Below are positions 46,568-56,350 of a stretch of 59,172 nucleotides of DNA, piece after piece. The position numbers and the translations under genes were made by a program. The notes under the pieces were generated by a model. The model was not told where the DNA came from and searched no databases. It was given only the letters and a program-made list of their open reading frames with translations. Numbering within the stretch: position 1 is the first letter of the stretch; every line of letters starts with the position of its first letter. The DNA comes from a bacterium (GTDB lineage: Bacteria; Patescibacteriota; Patescibacteriia; JACQRZ01): assembly GCA_023246095.1 (NCBI GenBank), contig JAHFJA010000005.1, positions 1-59,172 on the forward strand, written 5' to 3'.

Positions 46568-47308
46568 TTATTTCTTCTCAACAACAATGGTACAATGGGT
46601 AACCAGCGCAGCAATAGCCCCGACTGCAGCAAGCGCAGGCACCAAGACGGCACCAATCGCGCCAATAGTTAAAGGGATTTCTATAAGCGTCTCACCATTC
46701 TCATTTTTAATGATAATACGTCGAATATTCCCTTCGTGAATAAGCGATTTTACTTTTGACAAAAGCTGTTCTCCGTCAATTTTGAACTCTGTCTTGGGCA
46801 TATGGGTATATTTCCTTGCCTTTGCAAGATGTTTATTAATAAATGCATCTTTCAAACTTCTGTAAATTTTTCCATCATTGTTGCAATCAATTACAGCCTT
46901 TTTCTTTAATTCAGCATATTCATTAGCTATACTTGGATTTTTTATCAAATAATTCCGAAAGCTAAGCGCATCATGCCACAACAAATTGTCAGTTGAAATG
47001 ACGTGGACATGAAATCTCCTCACTACCCCCTTCGCTCTCGCATCCCGTCTCAAGAAAAGCCTATTTTCATCAAAGGAACCCTCTTCATACCCCAACGTTT
47101 CAAGTGCTTTTTTGATTTTCTTAAATCCTGTTTTGGGACAAGAAACCATGAGATCGATAATACCCTTACCTGGTAATCCCGGGACTGCAGTGCTCCCTAT
47201 GTGCTCAATGATAGAATTTTTTGGAATGACTTTCTTGACCCTTCGTTCTTCATTCTTATATAGAGCAGGGAATATTTCTTCATATTTTCTGAATTCGTAG
47301 GGGTTCAT
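46568..47308 (-). CDS. GrpB-like nucleotidyltransferase domain fused in frame to DUF4342
   Basis: EHIGSTAVPGL.GK.IID, HVHV, FRNYL, Y..LK (GrpB); from internal Met 46801 GEQLLSKVKSLIHEGNIRRIIIK...EIPLTIG (DUF4342). Confidence 0.8.
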   Translation of the reverse strand: MNPYEFRKYEEIFPALYKNEERRVKKVIPKNSIIEHIGSTAVPGLPGKGIIDLMVSCPKTGFKKIKKALETLGYEEGSFDENRLFLRRDARAKGVVRRFHVHVISTDNLLWHDALSFRNYLIKNPSIANEYAELKKKAVIDCNNDGKIYRSLKDAFINKHLAKARKYTHMPKTEFKIDGEQLLSKVKSLIHEGNIRRIIIKNENGETLIEIPLTIGAIGAVLVPALAAVGAIAALVTHCTIVVEKK

Positions 47309-47322
47309 GGGAAACTGTGTAC

Positions 47323-49200
47323 TTATAGATTGTTAAAGTCGTCATTTGTGATGCCAAGACCTAGCGTTTTCATTATAGTAAAGGCATCAGTAGGTCGACC
47401 AAGAAAATATCTTTTTCCGTCAGTGGGATTTATGTACCAAGCCTCACCCATGTGCTCAACCTGCAGTAGTATCTTCCCTTTTTGGTGAGTGCTAAAATCG
47501 CTATTAACACCCAACTTGCCACTACCATTAGGATCAAAACCGTTCTCTATTTCTATTTTGTCATTATAACCATCATTATCGCTGTCAGATTTATTTTTAT
47601 CGGTACCAATAGCATCCTCAAAAATATTAGAGAGGCCATCACCATCTACATCAGCCCCTGACGTGCCAGCGATCCCAATCTGAATTTTTGACAAATCATT
47701 GTTCGTTACTCCAATACCCTGCTCTCTCATGACATTAAATGCATCGTTCGGTCGCCCCAAATAATGAGAATATTTGGTTATTGGATTAATGTAATATGCC
47801 TTTCCTCCATCATCAACTTTAATGACAATTTTACCTTTTAACCGGTCCGCCATTGCACTCCCATGAACGGTATTTTTTACTTTTGCATAGTCCGTATGAT
47901 TCTTATAAAAAGATGCCAATGACATAGTAGCCTCGTCTACGAGCGGATCATATGTCGTGCCATCAACAAAATACACATCGTCATTCATTTCTGCTTTTGA
48001 AAAATCACGGCGAAGCTTAGTCAAAAAGTAAGTTTGATCTCCCACTATTTGTTTTAAAACAAGGAGACTAGCAGGGTTGCTATCAACTTTCCCTAGTTCT
48101 AGAGTATTTATATTTCCTGCATACTCATTGCTGAAATTCGGCGCGGTTACTTGCTTGTCCGATAAAATATATAGTAGTACTTCGTTCGTTTTGACAGAAT
48201 CGGTTGTATTTGCCGGCACCTTCGTAGAAATTTCCGAAATTTTCATCGGATATACCATGGTATTAGCAATGAAGCTGATCTTGAGGGGTTCAAGATAATC
48301 GCTGTACTGACCCACAGTACTCGGAGTTTGACTCTTAAAATAATCTTCCAAGGCTGATCGAATACTTGTTTTGAGTTCCGTCCATTTTTCACTAGTGTAG
48401 GTGTCTACTTGTTGATCTTTGATTATTTTTTCAAAATCTTCTTGGGTTGTGACACTATCCAAACCATTTAGATCTCCTCCCGGCACACTCGTTTCGAGAA
48501 CGTTTACAAAATTCTGAAATTTTTTATAATCATTATTTTTTAATAATTGCACATAATAATCGGCAAATTTATCGAGAAAATTATCATCATTAACAGAACT
48601 ATCAAACTTTTTGAACGCTTCTACTCCCATTGCAAGTTTATCTTCCGGTTGTATTTTGACCGCGGTGAAATACCACTCTTTTTGCACATACCAATCAAGC
48701 GTCTTTTTTGTCGCTTCATTGACTTTGTATCCGTTCTTATTCAACCAATCAAATAAACCATTCGTCCCCGATGCGGACAAAACGGTGATTTGATAAATAC
48801 CGACCTGTTCTTGGCTATGGACAATAACACCCGTACCTTGCGGACTGCCCAGTGTCGCAGTCGGGGCACTCCCCGATTCCGGGATTTGTTTTAGTTGTGT
48901 ATTTGTCACTCTAGATAACTCCTCAAAAACATCTTTTGGCGCCTTGCTCGCCTTTGGCAAACTTGGAGTGGGCACAATCCACACAAAATCATTTGTATCC
49001 CCTTCATAGTTTACTTTTAAATACATATCTTCCTTTCCATTTTGATAAACCAACAGTGATGTCTGTGACGGTTCATAGATATCCTTATATTCACCATGAT
49101 ACACAGGAATCATTCCACCGTCAGCGAAAACTGCATTCATTGGCAAGAAACTTATAGATAACAGCATTAATAAATATATACATTGTTTCATATAAAACAT
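47323..49200 (-). CDS. Secreted DUF2330 protein with two CPR-type repeats and Ca-binding (TSP3-like) repeats
   Basis: EPSQTSL...DFVWIVPTPS.P; two G.I...V...G.A.Y.NP....LGRP.DAF repeats; DVDGDGL and DSDNDGY. Confidence 0.75.
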   Translation of the reverse strand: MFYMKQCIYLLMLLSISFLPMNAVFADGGMIPVYHGEYKDIYEPSQTSLLVYQNGKEDMYLKVNYEGDTNDFVWIVPTPSLPKASKAPKDVFEELSRVTNTQLKQIPESGSAPTATLGSPQGTGVIVHSQEQVGIYQITVLSASGTNGLFDWLNKNGYKVNEATKKTLDWYVQKEWYFTAVKIQPEDKLAMGVEAFKKFDSSVNDDNFLDKFADYYVQLLKNNDYKKFQNFVNVLETSVPGGDLNGLDSVTTQEDFEKIIKDQQVDTYTSEKWTELKTSIRSALEDYFKSQTPSTVGQYSDYLEPLKISFIANTMVYPMKISEISTKVPANTTDSVKTNEVLLYILSDKQVTAPNFSNEYAGNINTLELGKVDSNPASLLVLKQIVGDQTYFLTKLRRDFSKAEMNDDVYFVDGTTYDPLVDEATMSLASFYKNHTDYAKVKNTVHGSAMADRLKGKIVIKVDDGGKAYYINPITKYSHYLGRPNDAFNVMREQGIGVTNNDLSKIQIGIAGTSGADVDGDGLSNIFEDAIGTDKNKSDSDNDGYNDKIEIENGFDPNGSGKLGVNSDFSTHQKGKILLQVEHMGEAWYINPTDGKRYFLGRPTDAFTIMKTLGLGITNDDFNNL

Positions 49201-49297
49201 CGTTCATTTTAAAAACTTCAAGACATCTCTATTTCTTTGTCTGTAATTAGCAGTATATCACAAATACACTTCAATATGAGCAGGAGTACTGCTAAAT

Positions 49298-49326
49298 AAA
49301 AACACCCCAGTATAACACTAGGGTGT
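49298..49326 (-). terminator. Terminator after the cupredoxin gene
   Basis: Minus strand ACACCCTAGT-GTTAT-ACTGGGGTGT-TTTT. Confidence 0.75.
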
Positions 49327-49349
49327 AGAAAGTTAGTTATACAGTACAT

Positions 49350-49913
49350 CTATTCAACCAGCAAAACGCCAACCTGACCCTTTTGTCGATGATAACCGTT
49401 GCCGACACCACAATAAAACTCAAATGTTCCTTTTTTATCAGCTGTAAATTCAACCGTTTCGCTTGCGCCGGTCTGAATCGTCTGTGTCTTAACATTATAT
49501 GCATCCAGTATGAAATTATGCATACCACCCGCATTGGTAAATATAATTTTGACCTTATCACCCTGTTTCACCCTGATTTCATTTGGGGTAAAGTAGAAGC
49601 TTCCCCCTGTGACATTAAACGTCAACTCGCCTGGCGTATGATCGGCAATTCCCGCTTTAAGTTGTGCTGTTTGATCGACAGTTAAATCCGCTGGTACTTG
49701 AGCTTGCATCATATTACCTTTCGCTGGCACTCCCGTTTTCTCCTGATTCACCTCCGTTTTCATCATACCTTGACGCGGTTGATTATCCGCATACTTAAAT
49801 TGCTCTACACGAGGGCGGTCATCACCACGACGTGTCACCAATAAACCAACCACCGCAATTGCTAGAATCGCGATAATACCGATAAGCACTGCCTGTGTTT
49901 TTTTAATATCCAT
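49350..49913 (-). CDS. Membrane-anchored cupredoxin-domain protein
   Basis: FTPNEIRVKQGDKV, GMHNF, GTFEFYCGVGNGYHRQKGQVG. Confidence 0.88.
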   Translation of the reverse strand: MDIKKTQAVLIGIIAILAIAVVGLLVTRRGDDRPRVEQFKYADNQPRQGMMKTEVNQEKTGVPAKGNMMQAQVPADLTVDQTAQLKAGIADHTPGELTFNVTGGSFYFTPNEIRVKQGDKVKIIFTNAGGMHNFILDAYNVKTQTIQTGASETVEFTADKKGTFEFYCGVGNGYHRQKGQVGVLLVE

Positions 49914-49954
49914 ATAGTATGGAGTGAAATGAAAAAATATTTAATGTGTTGATC

Positions 49955-49983
49955 AGTATAGGTGAAATAGATAACCTAGTCAA
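49955..49983 (-). promoter_or_regulatory. Sigma70-type promoter of the cupredoxin gene
   Basis: TTGACT, 17 nt spacer, TATACT. Confidence 0.85.
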
Positions 49984-50035
49984 AGAACTTTCAACACACT
50001 CTCTCTATGTAAACATATACGAAATATCCCTGTTT

Positions 50036-50044
50036 TGATATAAT
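50036..50044 (+). promoter_or_regulatory. Extended -10 promoter of the GH130 operon
   Basis: TGaTATAAT, about 60 nt before ATG 50108. Confidence 0.6.
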
Positions 50045-50107
50045 TGGTTAGACAATGAAAATAATACATCAATCAGCCAGAGCTTTTTTGTCTTGCCATT
50101 TTTGAAT

Positions 50108-51340
50108 ATGAAGAATGATAAAAAACAAAAAAAATCTTTCTCCAACACAACACCCACCAAGATCGAAAAAGTAATCAAAAAGCAACGTCAAAAAAAGAAA
50201 ACTTTGCAAAAAAAAATAGTGAAACCCGTCCCAGACAGCAACAAGAAACTTCATACAAGAAAACACACTTCAGAACCTATCGTAAAAAAATTAACATCCA
50301 ATCCTATTCTACGACCGTACACACGTAATTCCTGGGAAGCTCAGGCGACATTTAATCCGGCTGCCGTATATGTCGATGGTAAAGTCCATCTCATCTACCG
50401 AGCAGTCGGTAATGACGACGTTTCAGTTCTTGGGTACGCGTCGAGTCACGATGGACTACATATTCACGAGCGCCTGGCCAATCCTACTTACTCCGTTAGG
50501 AAGAATTCTTTAACTCGTCGATCAGGTTACCGTATCGCCTACTCATCAGGGGGTGGTGGTGACGGAGGTTGTGAGGATCCACGACTAACCGTCATAGATG
50601 ATGTCGTCTATTTATTATACACAGCCTTTGATGGGTGGGGTTCTATTCGCATCGCTATGACCCGTGTTTCTTTAGATGACTTCCTCTCCAAACGCTGGAA
50701 TTGGGAAAAACCAATCCTCATTTCACCTCCTGGGGTCATAAATAAAAACTGGGTTATTTTTCCGGAAAAAATAAAGGGGAAATTCGCGATACTCCACAGC
50801 ATCACCCCTAAGATAGATATTGATTATTATGACACGCTGGACCACTTTGATGGCAAAGAAACCTATATACAAAGCAAATTCATCAAAGTACCCCGACAAA
50901 AGTCATGGGATAGCTGGGTACGGGGCGCAGGTCCGCCGCCCATTAAAACTGATTACGGATGGCTGCTTCTTTATCACGCAATGGACCATCGTGATCCAGA
51001 CCGATACAAACTGGGGGCAATGTTACTCGATCTGCGCGATCCAACAAAGATACTCTACCGATCTGCAGGCCCCATTCTTGAACCTGATGAATGTTACGAA
51101 AATGATGGTTTAAAATCAGGTGTCGTCTACTCATGCGGGGCGGTCGTCATCGAAGATCAACTTTTCATCTACTACGGGGGTGCGGATACCGTCACGTGCG
51201 TGGCAGTAGCAAACCTAGAGCATTTTCTTAAACAACTCATGTCGCCGAATATACCCAAACTTAAGGGAATATCCGGATCTAAATTACAAACCTATGCCGT
51301 CAATAAAAAGATCGCAAAAAAACCCAATATTGTGGCCTAA
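50108..51340 (+). CDS. GH130 family glycoside phosphorylase/hydrolase with Lys-rich N-terminal extension
   Basis: FNPAA, YRAVG, GCEDPR, NKNW.IFP, LLYH, VVYSCG, YYGGAD. Confidence 0.9.
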   Translation: MKNDKKQKKSFSNTTPTKIEKVIKKQRQKKKTLQKKIVKPVPDSNKKLHTRKHTSEPIVKKLTSNPILRPYTRNSWEAQATFNPAAVYVDGKVHLIYRAVGNDDVSVLGYASSHDGLHIHERLANPTYSVRKNSLTRRSGYRIAYSSGGGGDGGCEDPRLTVIDDVVYLLYTAFDGWGSIRIAMTRVSLDDFLSKRWNWEKPILISPPGVINKNWVIFPEKIKGKFAILHSITPKIDIDYYDTLDHFDGKETYIQSKFIKVPRQKSWDSWVRGAGPPPIKTDYGWLLLYHAMDHRDPDRYKLGAMLLDLRDPTKILYRSAGPILEPDECYENDGLKSGVVYSCGAVVIEDQLFIYYGGADTVTCVAVANLEHFLKQLMSPNIPKLKGISGSKLQTYAVNKKIAKKPNIVA

Positions 51341-53252
51341 CAGAGAAAATGATTGGGAAGCTGAAGCCACATTCAACGGTTGCGTACTCAATGACACGGA
51401 CAAAGTTCACATGGTGTATCGCGCAGAATCTGTCGTTCAACGGATTGAAGACATTGAGAGAAGCGTGTCGATCATTGGTTATTCGGTGAGCAGTGATGGT
51501 ACTCGTTTTACAAAGCGACGACCACTGATTACACCCGAGGAAGATTGGGAGCGTTTTGGTTGTGAAGACCCTCGTATCACCAAATTCGAAGGAAAATATT
51601 ACATTTTCTATACCGCACTTTCGACCTATCCGTTTGGCCCAAATGGAATACGTACCGGCGTCGCCATCACGCGTGATTTCAAAAAACTAGAAAAACATCC
51701 AGTTACGACATTTAACGCGAAAGCCATGGCGCTGTTTCCTGGAAGAGTCAATGGAAAAATAGCCGCCATTCTTACCGCTAATACCGATCAACCACCGTCA
51801 AAAATCGGCATCGCTCTGTTTGATAAAGAAGAGGATATGTGGTCTGCAAATTATTGGGACAGCTGGTATAGCAACCTTGATGAACACACCATCCCGTTAC
51901 AACGAAACGACAATGACCACGTGGAACTGGGAGCTCCCCCTATCTTGACCAAGCGTGGATGGCTTGTGATCTATTCGTACATTCGTAACTACCGGCATGG
52001 TCAAAAACTATTCGGTGTTGAGGCGGTTTTACTTGATAAAGACGATCCAAGAAAAATTATCTCACGGACCGAACGACCTTTCCTGATTCCTGAAGAGGAG
52101 TATGAGCTCTATGGACGAGTACCAAATATAGTGTTCCCTTCCGGCGCATTTATCAAAAAAGATCTTCTCCATATTTATTACGGAGCAGCAGATATGACGT
52201 GCTGCCTTGCCACATGCAATCTCAATGAGTTACTGGATGAGATGACCGCATCATCGGTAAAACTCGTACGTTTTAACGGTAACCCAATCATTGAACCCAA
52301 CCGTGATCATGCTTGGGAGGCCAAGGCGACTTTTAATCCAGCAGCTATCGAAGTAAATGGTACCTTCCATATATTTTATAGAACATTGTCAGATGATGAC
52401 ACCTCAATGATAGGATATGCTTCGAGCACCGATGGGTTGCATATTGAAAAACGACTTTCAGATCCTGTTTATGTCCCTCGCGAAGACTTTGAAAAGAAAG
52501 CAAGAGAGAACGTGGGTTCAGGATGTGAAGATCCTCGGTTAACGATCATCGGAGATACGGTGTATATGTGTTATACCGCCTACAATGGAGTTGACTTGCC
52601 CCGCATCGCCTTGACGTCAATACTACTCAAAGATCTGGTTGCAAACCGTTGGAAATGGTCAAAACCTACACTCATTTCTCCTCCCCATGTTGACGATAAA
52701 GATGCCGCAATTTTTCCTAAAAAAATCCATGGGAAATACGCTATCCTCCACCGTATCGGCATGAGCGTATGGATCGATTTTGTAAAAGATCTGAAGAAAT
52801 TTCAAAGTGAAAAATGGGTTGAAGGACGAGTCCTCATGAAACCACGTGCAGGCACATGGGATAGTCGAAAAATTGGTATTGGTGCTCCTCCGATCGAGAC
52901 TAAAGATGGATGGCTCCTCTTATATCACGGAATTTCAAAAAGTGATGTTGGTCAATACGATGTTCGCGTCGCTTTGCTCGACAAAAAAGATCCGACGCGC
53001 GTTCTGGCGCGGACGAAGTACCCTATTTTTGAGCCTGAAATGGCCTACGAACGTGATGGTATCGTACCCAATGTCGTTTTTCCTTGTGGCGCCGTGCTCA
53101 AACACGATGAATTATATGTGTATTATGGTGGTGCAGACAAAGTAGTAGGAGTTGCAACAATAAAGGTCTCAAAGCTCCTTGAATTGCTGAAACCAAAAAA
53201 AGTGTCTAAGATAACCCCAAAGAAAACAGTAAAAAAATATGCCCGTAAATAA
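51294..53252 (+). CDS. Tandem two-domain GH130 protein
   Basis: Two complete sets of FN.., GCEDPR, K..A.FP, PN.VFP.G and YYG.AD motifs. Confidence 0.9.
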   Translation: MPSIKRSQKNPILWPNRENDWEAEATFNGCVLNDTDKVHMVYRAESVVQRIEDIERSVSIIGYSVSSDGTRFTKRRPLITPEEDWERFGCEDPRITKFEGKYYIFYTALSTYPFGPNGIRTGVAITRDFKKLEKHPVTTFNAKAMALFPGRVNGKIAAILTANTDQPPSKIGIALFDKEEDMWSANYWDSWYSNLDEHTIPLQRNDNDHVELGAPPILTKRGWLVIYSYIRNYRHGQKLFGVEAVLLDKDDPRKIISRTERPFLIPEEEYELYGRVPNIVFPSGAFIKKDLLHIYYGAADMTCCLATCNLNELLDEMTASSVKLVRFNGNPIIEPNRDHAWEAKATFNPAAIEVNGTFHIFYRTLSDDDTSMIGYASSTDGLHIEKRLSDPVYVPREDFEKKARENVGSGCEDPRLTIIGDTVYMCYTAYNGVDLPRIALTSILLKDLVANRWKWSKPTLISPPHVDDKDAAIFPKKIHGKYAILHRIGMSVWIDFVKDLKKFQSEKWVEGRVLMKPRAGTWDSRKIGIGAPPIETKDGWLLLYHGISKSDVGQYDVRVALLDKKDPTRVLARTKYPIFEPEMAYERDGIVPNVVFPCGAVLKHDELYVYYGGADKVVGVATIKVSKLLELLKPKKVSKITPKKTVKKYARK

Positions 53253-53601
53253 TGAAGGAACATCGGAAAACATCCGACCTTGGGGACGATACGATATCCT
53301 TGATGAAGGCGACGGTTTCAAAGTTAAACGAATTACCGTACAACCATCAAAACGATTATCGTATCAAAACCACAAACAACGATCAGAATTTTGGATCATG
53401 ACATCAGGACAGGCCCGCATTACTTTGGATGATGTCCCTCGTGATATCACACAAGGTGACACGGTCAATATTCCTATCGGAATGAAACACCGCGTAGAGA
53501 ACACAGGTGATGTCCCAACAATCTTCATTGAGGTACAGATGGGTTCATATCTTGGAGAGGATGATATCATCCGCTACGACGATGATTACGGTCGGGTGTG
53601 A
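53239..53601 (+). CDS. Standalone mannose-6-phosphate isomerase cupin (ManC C-terminal domain)
   Basis: RPWG.Y...FKVKRI.V.P..RLS.Q.H..RSE.W...HR.EN...IEVQ.GSYLGEDDIIR..DDYGR. Confidence 0.93.
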   Translation: MPVNNEGTSENIRPWGRYDILDEGDGFKVKRITVQPSKRLSYQNHKQRSEFWIMTSGQARITLDDVPRDITQGDTVNIPIGMKHRVENTGDVPTIFIEVQMGSYLGEDDIIRYDDDYGRV

Positions 53602-53715
53602 GGGAAAAATAATTCATCTAGACTTGAGTTTCTCTCTATTTAGGCTACTATTAGCGTTGTTAAGTATTTAATTTCACCAGCATCAGCCAATAACTATAAC
53701 ATACAGACGATCATT

Positions 53716-55539
53716 ATGTGTGGAATACTAGGAGTTATTAATTCAGAACTCGCAAAGGACAGAGAGAAATTCTTGCGTGCCCTAAAAAAACAACACTACC
53801 GTGGACCTGACAGCGAGAAAATCACACCAGTAGCATCCAATTGTCTCTTTGGTTTCAATCGTTTAACTATTCAGGATCTCGATTCCCGCTCAATGCAGCC
53901 TTTTGAATATGAAGGAAATTTTCTTGTATTTAATGGCGAAATCTACAACTGGAAAGAACTTTGTAAAGACCTAGAGTCAAAAGGTGAAAAATTTTATACT
54001 GAGGGGGATACTGAGGTTCTATGTCGCGGGATGTCACTTGAGGGTAAAGATTTTTTAAAAAAACTGAATGGCATATTCGCTTTTTGCTATTTCGACGCAA
54101 AAAATAAAACCTATCTCATTGCACGTGATCTCATGGGAGTAAAGCCGTTATTTTATTCTGAAGCTAACGGATTGTTATTTGCCTCAGATATTGCAGCACT
54201 TCTTGAATATATTAAGCCTCAAATTGACGAAGTTACGTTAGCCCGCCATACGTTTCTTGATTGGTTCAGCGCACATGATAATACGCGCACTTTTTTGAAA
54301 GGTATATCCGGGCTTGATCGAGGAAGTTATCGTATCTACGACTACGACGCCAATTTGATTGAAACAGCAAAGTTTTCAGAACTAGACTTTACAACTAGAG
54401 TATCTGACGTACATGTTGCTGAACATGAATTCTCAGCACTGATGGACGAAACAATGAAAATTGAAACGAGAAGTGATACCGATGTCGGTATTTTCTTATC
54501 AGGGGGCATCGATAGTACAACTATTGTGGCCCATGCAACGAAACATCTTCTCGAGCGCCAGAAAAGCGTACCGATATTTACAAAATATTATGATAAAAAG
54601 GGTGAAATCGATGACTATATTTTTGCTACGCGTGTAATGAAAGAACTTAAGGAAAAATTTGGTTACTCTTTTGACCATATTGCGATCAATATGGATCCTG
54701 CTCTGACGGAAGAAGATATCCGAGACGCAGTGCGTGCGCGGCATGCGCCAGTTACCGACATCCGACAAGTCAGTATGTGCAAATTATATAAACACGTACT
54801 CAAAGAGCGCGGTCTTAAAGTAATATTGAATGGACAAGGTTCTGATGAACTATATTATGGTTACTATCCGCTTGATTATTGGCTGTGCAAATATTACCGC
54901 TCGGGGGACTTCACTCCTTCTGAAATTATCCATTATTTCGACGATGAGTTAAACGTACTGAAACATAAAACAATGGACGGAAGATATCTGGGTAATGCTC
55001 GAAAAATGTCATCAGACTATCTTGAAACAACGCTTTCTCGTTATAACCATATTCCCGAAAAAGAAAAGCGGATGACTGCATTTTTTGCAGACTCTATACT
55101 CCAAGCACTTTTATTGTATGAAGATAAGCTCGGTATGTACTCAAGCATCGAGGTACGAGTACCGCTCATTAACCCTTTGCTCAGTAAATATGCCGCCATC
55201 TGTGATTGGCGAATACATATTCAATCAACAGACTCCGGGCGTCATTTGCTGCGACACACATTAAAAGGAATGCTGAGCGAAGATCTTATCATGCGCCCAA
55301 AGAGTCCTACACCGAAAAGAAAAAAATATGCTGATGAGCTTCTTCAGATTTTGCGACCATATAAAACTGAGATTTTAACATCGACGCTACTGTCATCGAT
55401 TTATAAGCCCGAGATATTGTGTAATCTAGACAGTTTGACTGAAAACAATGGTGATTATGCCTATTATGGCAATACAGACGACGTATTGCTTGAAATAGCG
55501 GGGTTATTCTTTTTTGAACAGGAAATTTTAAACAAGTAA
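53716..55539 (+). CDS. asnB: Glutamine-dependent amidotransferase, asparagine synthase (AsnB) family
   Basis: N-terminal MCGI, RGPD, FNGEIYN, GVKPLFY, LSGGIDS, GQGSDE, EVRVP. Confidence 0.9.
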   Translation: MCGILGVINSELAKDREKFLRALKKQHYRGPDSEKITPVASNCLFGFNRLTIQDLDSRSMQPFEYEGNFLVFNGEIYNWKELCKDLESKGEKFYTEGDTEVLCRGMSLEGKDFLKKLNGIFAFCYFDAKNKTYLIARDLMGVKPLFYSEANGLLFASDIAALLEYIKPQIDEVTLARHTFLDWFSAHDNTRTFLKGISGLDRGSYRIYDYDANLIETAKFSELDFTTRVSDVHVAEHEFSALMDETMKIETRSDTDVGIFLSGGIDSTTIVAHATKHLLERQKSVPIFTKYYDKKGEIDDYIFATRVMKELKEKFGYSFDHIAINMDPALTEEDIRDAVRARHAPVTDIRQVSMCKLYKHVLKERGLKVILNGQGSDELYYGYYPLDYWLCKYYRSGDFTPSEIIHYFDDELNVLKHKTMDGRYLGNARKMSSDYLETTLSRYNHIPEKEKRMTAFFADSILQALLLYEDKLGMYSSIEVRVPLINPLLSKYAAICDWRIHIQSTDSGRHLLRHTLKGMLSEDLIMRPKSPTPKRKKYADELLQILRPYKTEILTSTLLSSIYKPEILCNLDSLTENNGDYAYYGNTDDVLLEIAGLFFFEQEILNK

Positions 55540-55542
55540 ACT

Positions 55543-56337
55543 TTACTTAATTCCAATAATAAGATTGTCTCGTGTACCGTCAGGGATTAAGAGATGTACC
55601 TGAGAAAAGCCAACCTCCTTCATGAGCATCATGAGTTCATCTTTGGTGATGAGGTAAGCGATACGAAGAATATCGCCACTGAAATCCTCTGCTTCTACCA
55701 CCGCCCTGCTATCGTGATGTCGTTTGTTCCAATCTCGATGAATATGCCATGTCATTTTGACAGGTTCTCCATCGCGAACAAGGTCAAAGGGTACAACTTT
55801 ATTATCTTTACTTCCACCACCCTCCGGTATCCCTTGATGGGTGGGTTCGTAATGTTTTCCAAGCCCAAGAATTACCCTTCCACCTGGTTTGACCACAGCA
55901 AGAAATTCCCTTAAGACAATACGGAAACGTCCAAACACGGCTTCTGTTCCTTCTGTCATTGATCCCGCACCTGACCATCCATCCATATATACCAATGAAT
56001 TATCGAGGTTAACCAGTACATCATAAGTATCATGTACATTTTGCGATAACGCCTGCCATTTACCGACAGCGACAGAAATAGGTATATTTTTTTCAGCAAA
56101 AATCCTTATACTATAAGCTGCCGACTCAGAATCACCATCAAGTGAAGTGATATTGTGATAACCACTTACATATAGATCTTCCGTTGGGAAACCAACGCCA
56201 GCTGCCGTATCGAGGATTTTTGCATCATGACTCGGAAGAACCAATTGTAGCGCATTCATATAGTCCTTTACGTAATCCTTCGTATGAATTGCCTGAGCTT
56301 CAAATGACCATATTTCACTATCACTAAGGTGTTTCAT
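55543..56337 (-). CDS. Class I SAM-dependent methyltransferase (glycine/sarcosine N-methyltransferase-like), paralog 1
   Basis: ILDTAAGVG, SLDGD, GKWQAL...YDVLVNLDNSLVYM. Confidence 0.8.
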   Translation of the reverse strand: MKHLSDSEIWSFEAQAIHTKDYVKDYMNALQLVLPSHDAKILDTAAGVGFPTEDLYVSGYHNITSLDGDSESAAYSIRIFAEKNIPISVAVGKWQALSQNVHDTYDVLVNLDNSLVYMDGWSGAGSMTEGTEAVFGRFRIVLREFLAVVKPGGRVILGLGKHYEPTHQGIPEGGGSKDNKVVPFDLVRDGEPVKMTWHIHRDWNKRHHDSRAVVEAEDFSGDILRIAYLITKDELMMLMKEVGFSQVHLLIPDGTRDNLIIGIK

Positions 56338-56350
56338 ATTTATGCATTGT

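Noticed and set aside
46483-46665. Extended N-terminus of the flavin oxidoreductase ORF given in the track
   Set aside because: It overlaps the upstream gene and has no family similarity; homology starts at MFPHMF. The same reasoning applies to extended starts at 35306, 32638, 31222, 29405, 26918 and 25969.
53716-55539. AsnB as a lasso-peptide cyclase
   Set aside because: It has an intact N-terminal glutaminase (MCGI), and no precursor, B-protein or RRE genes are nearby.
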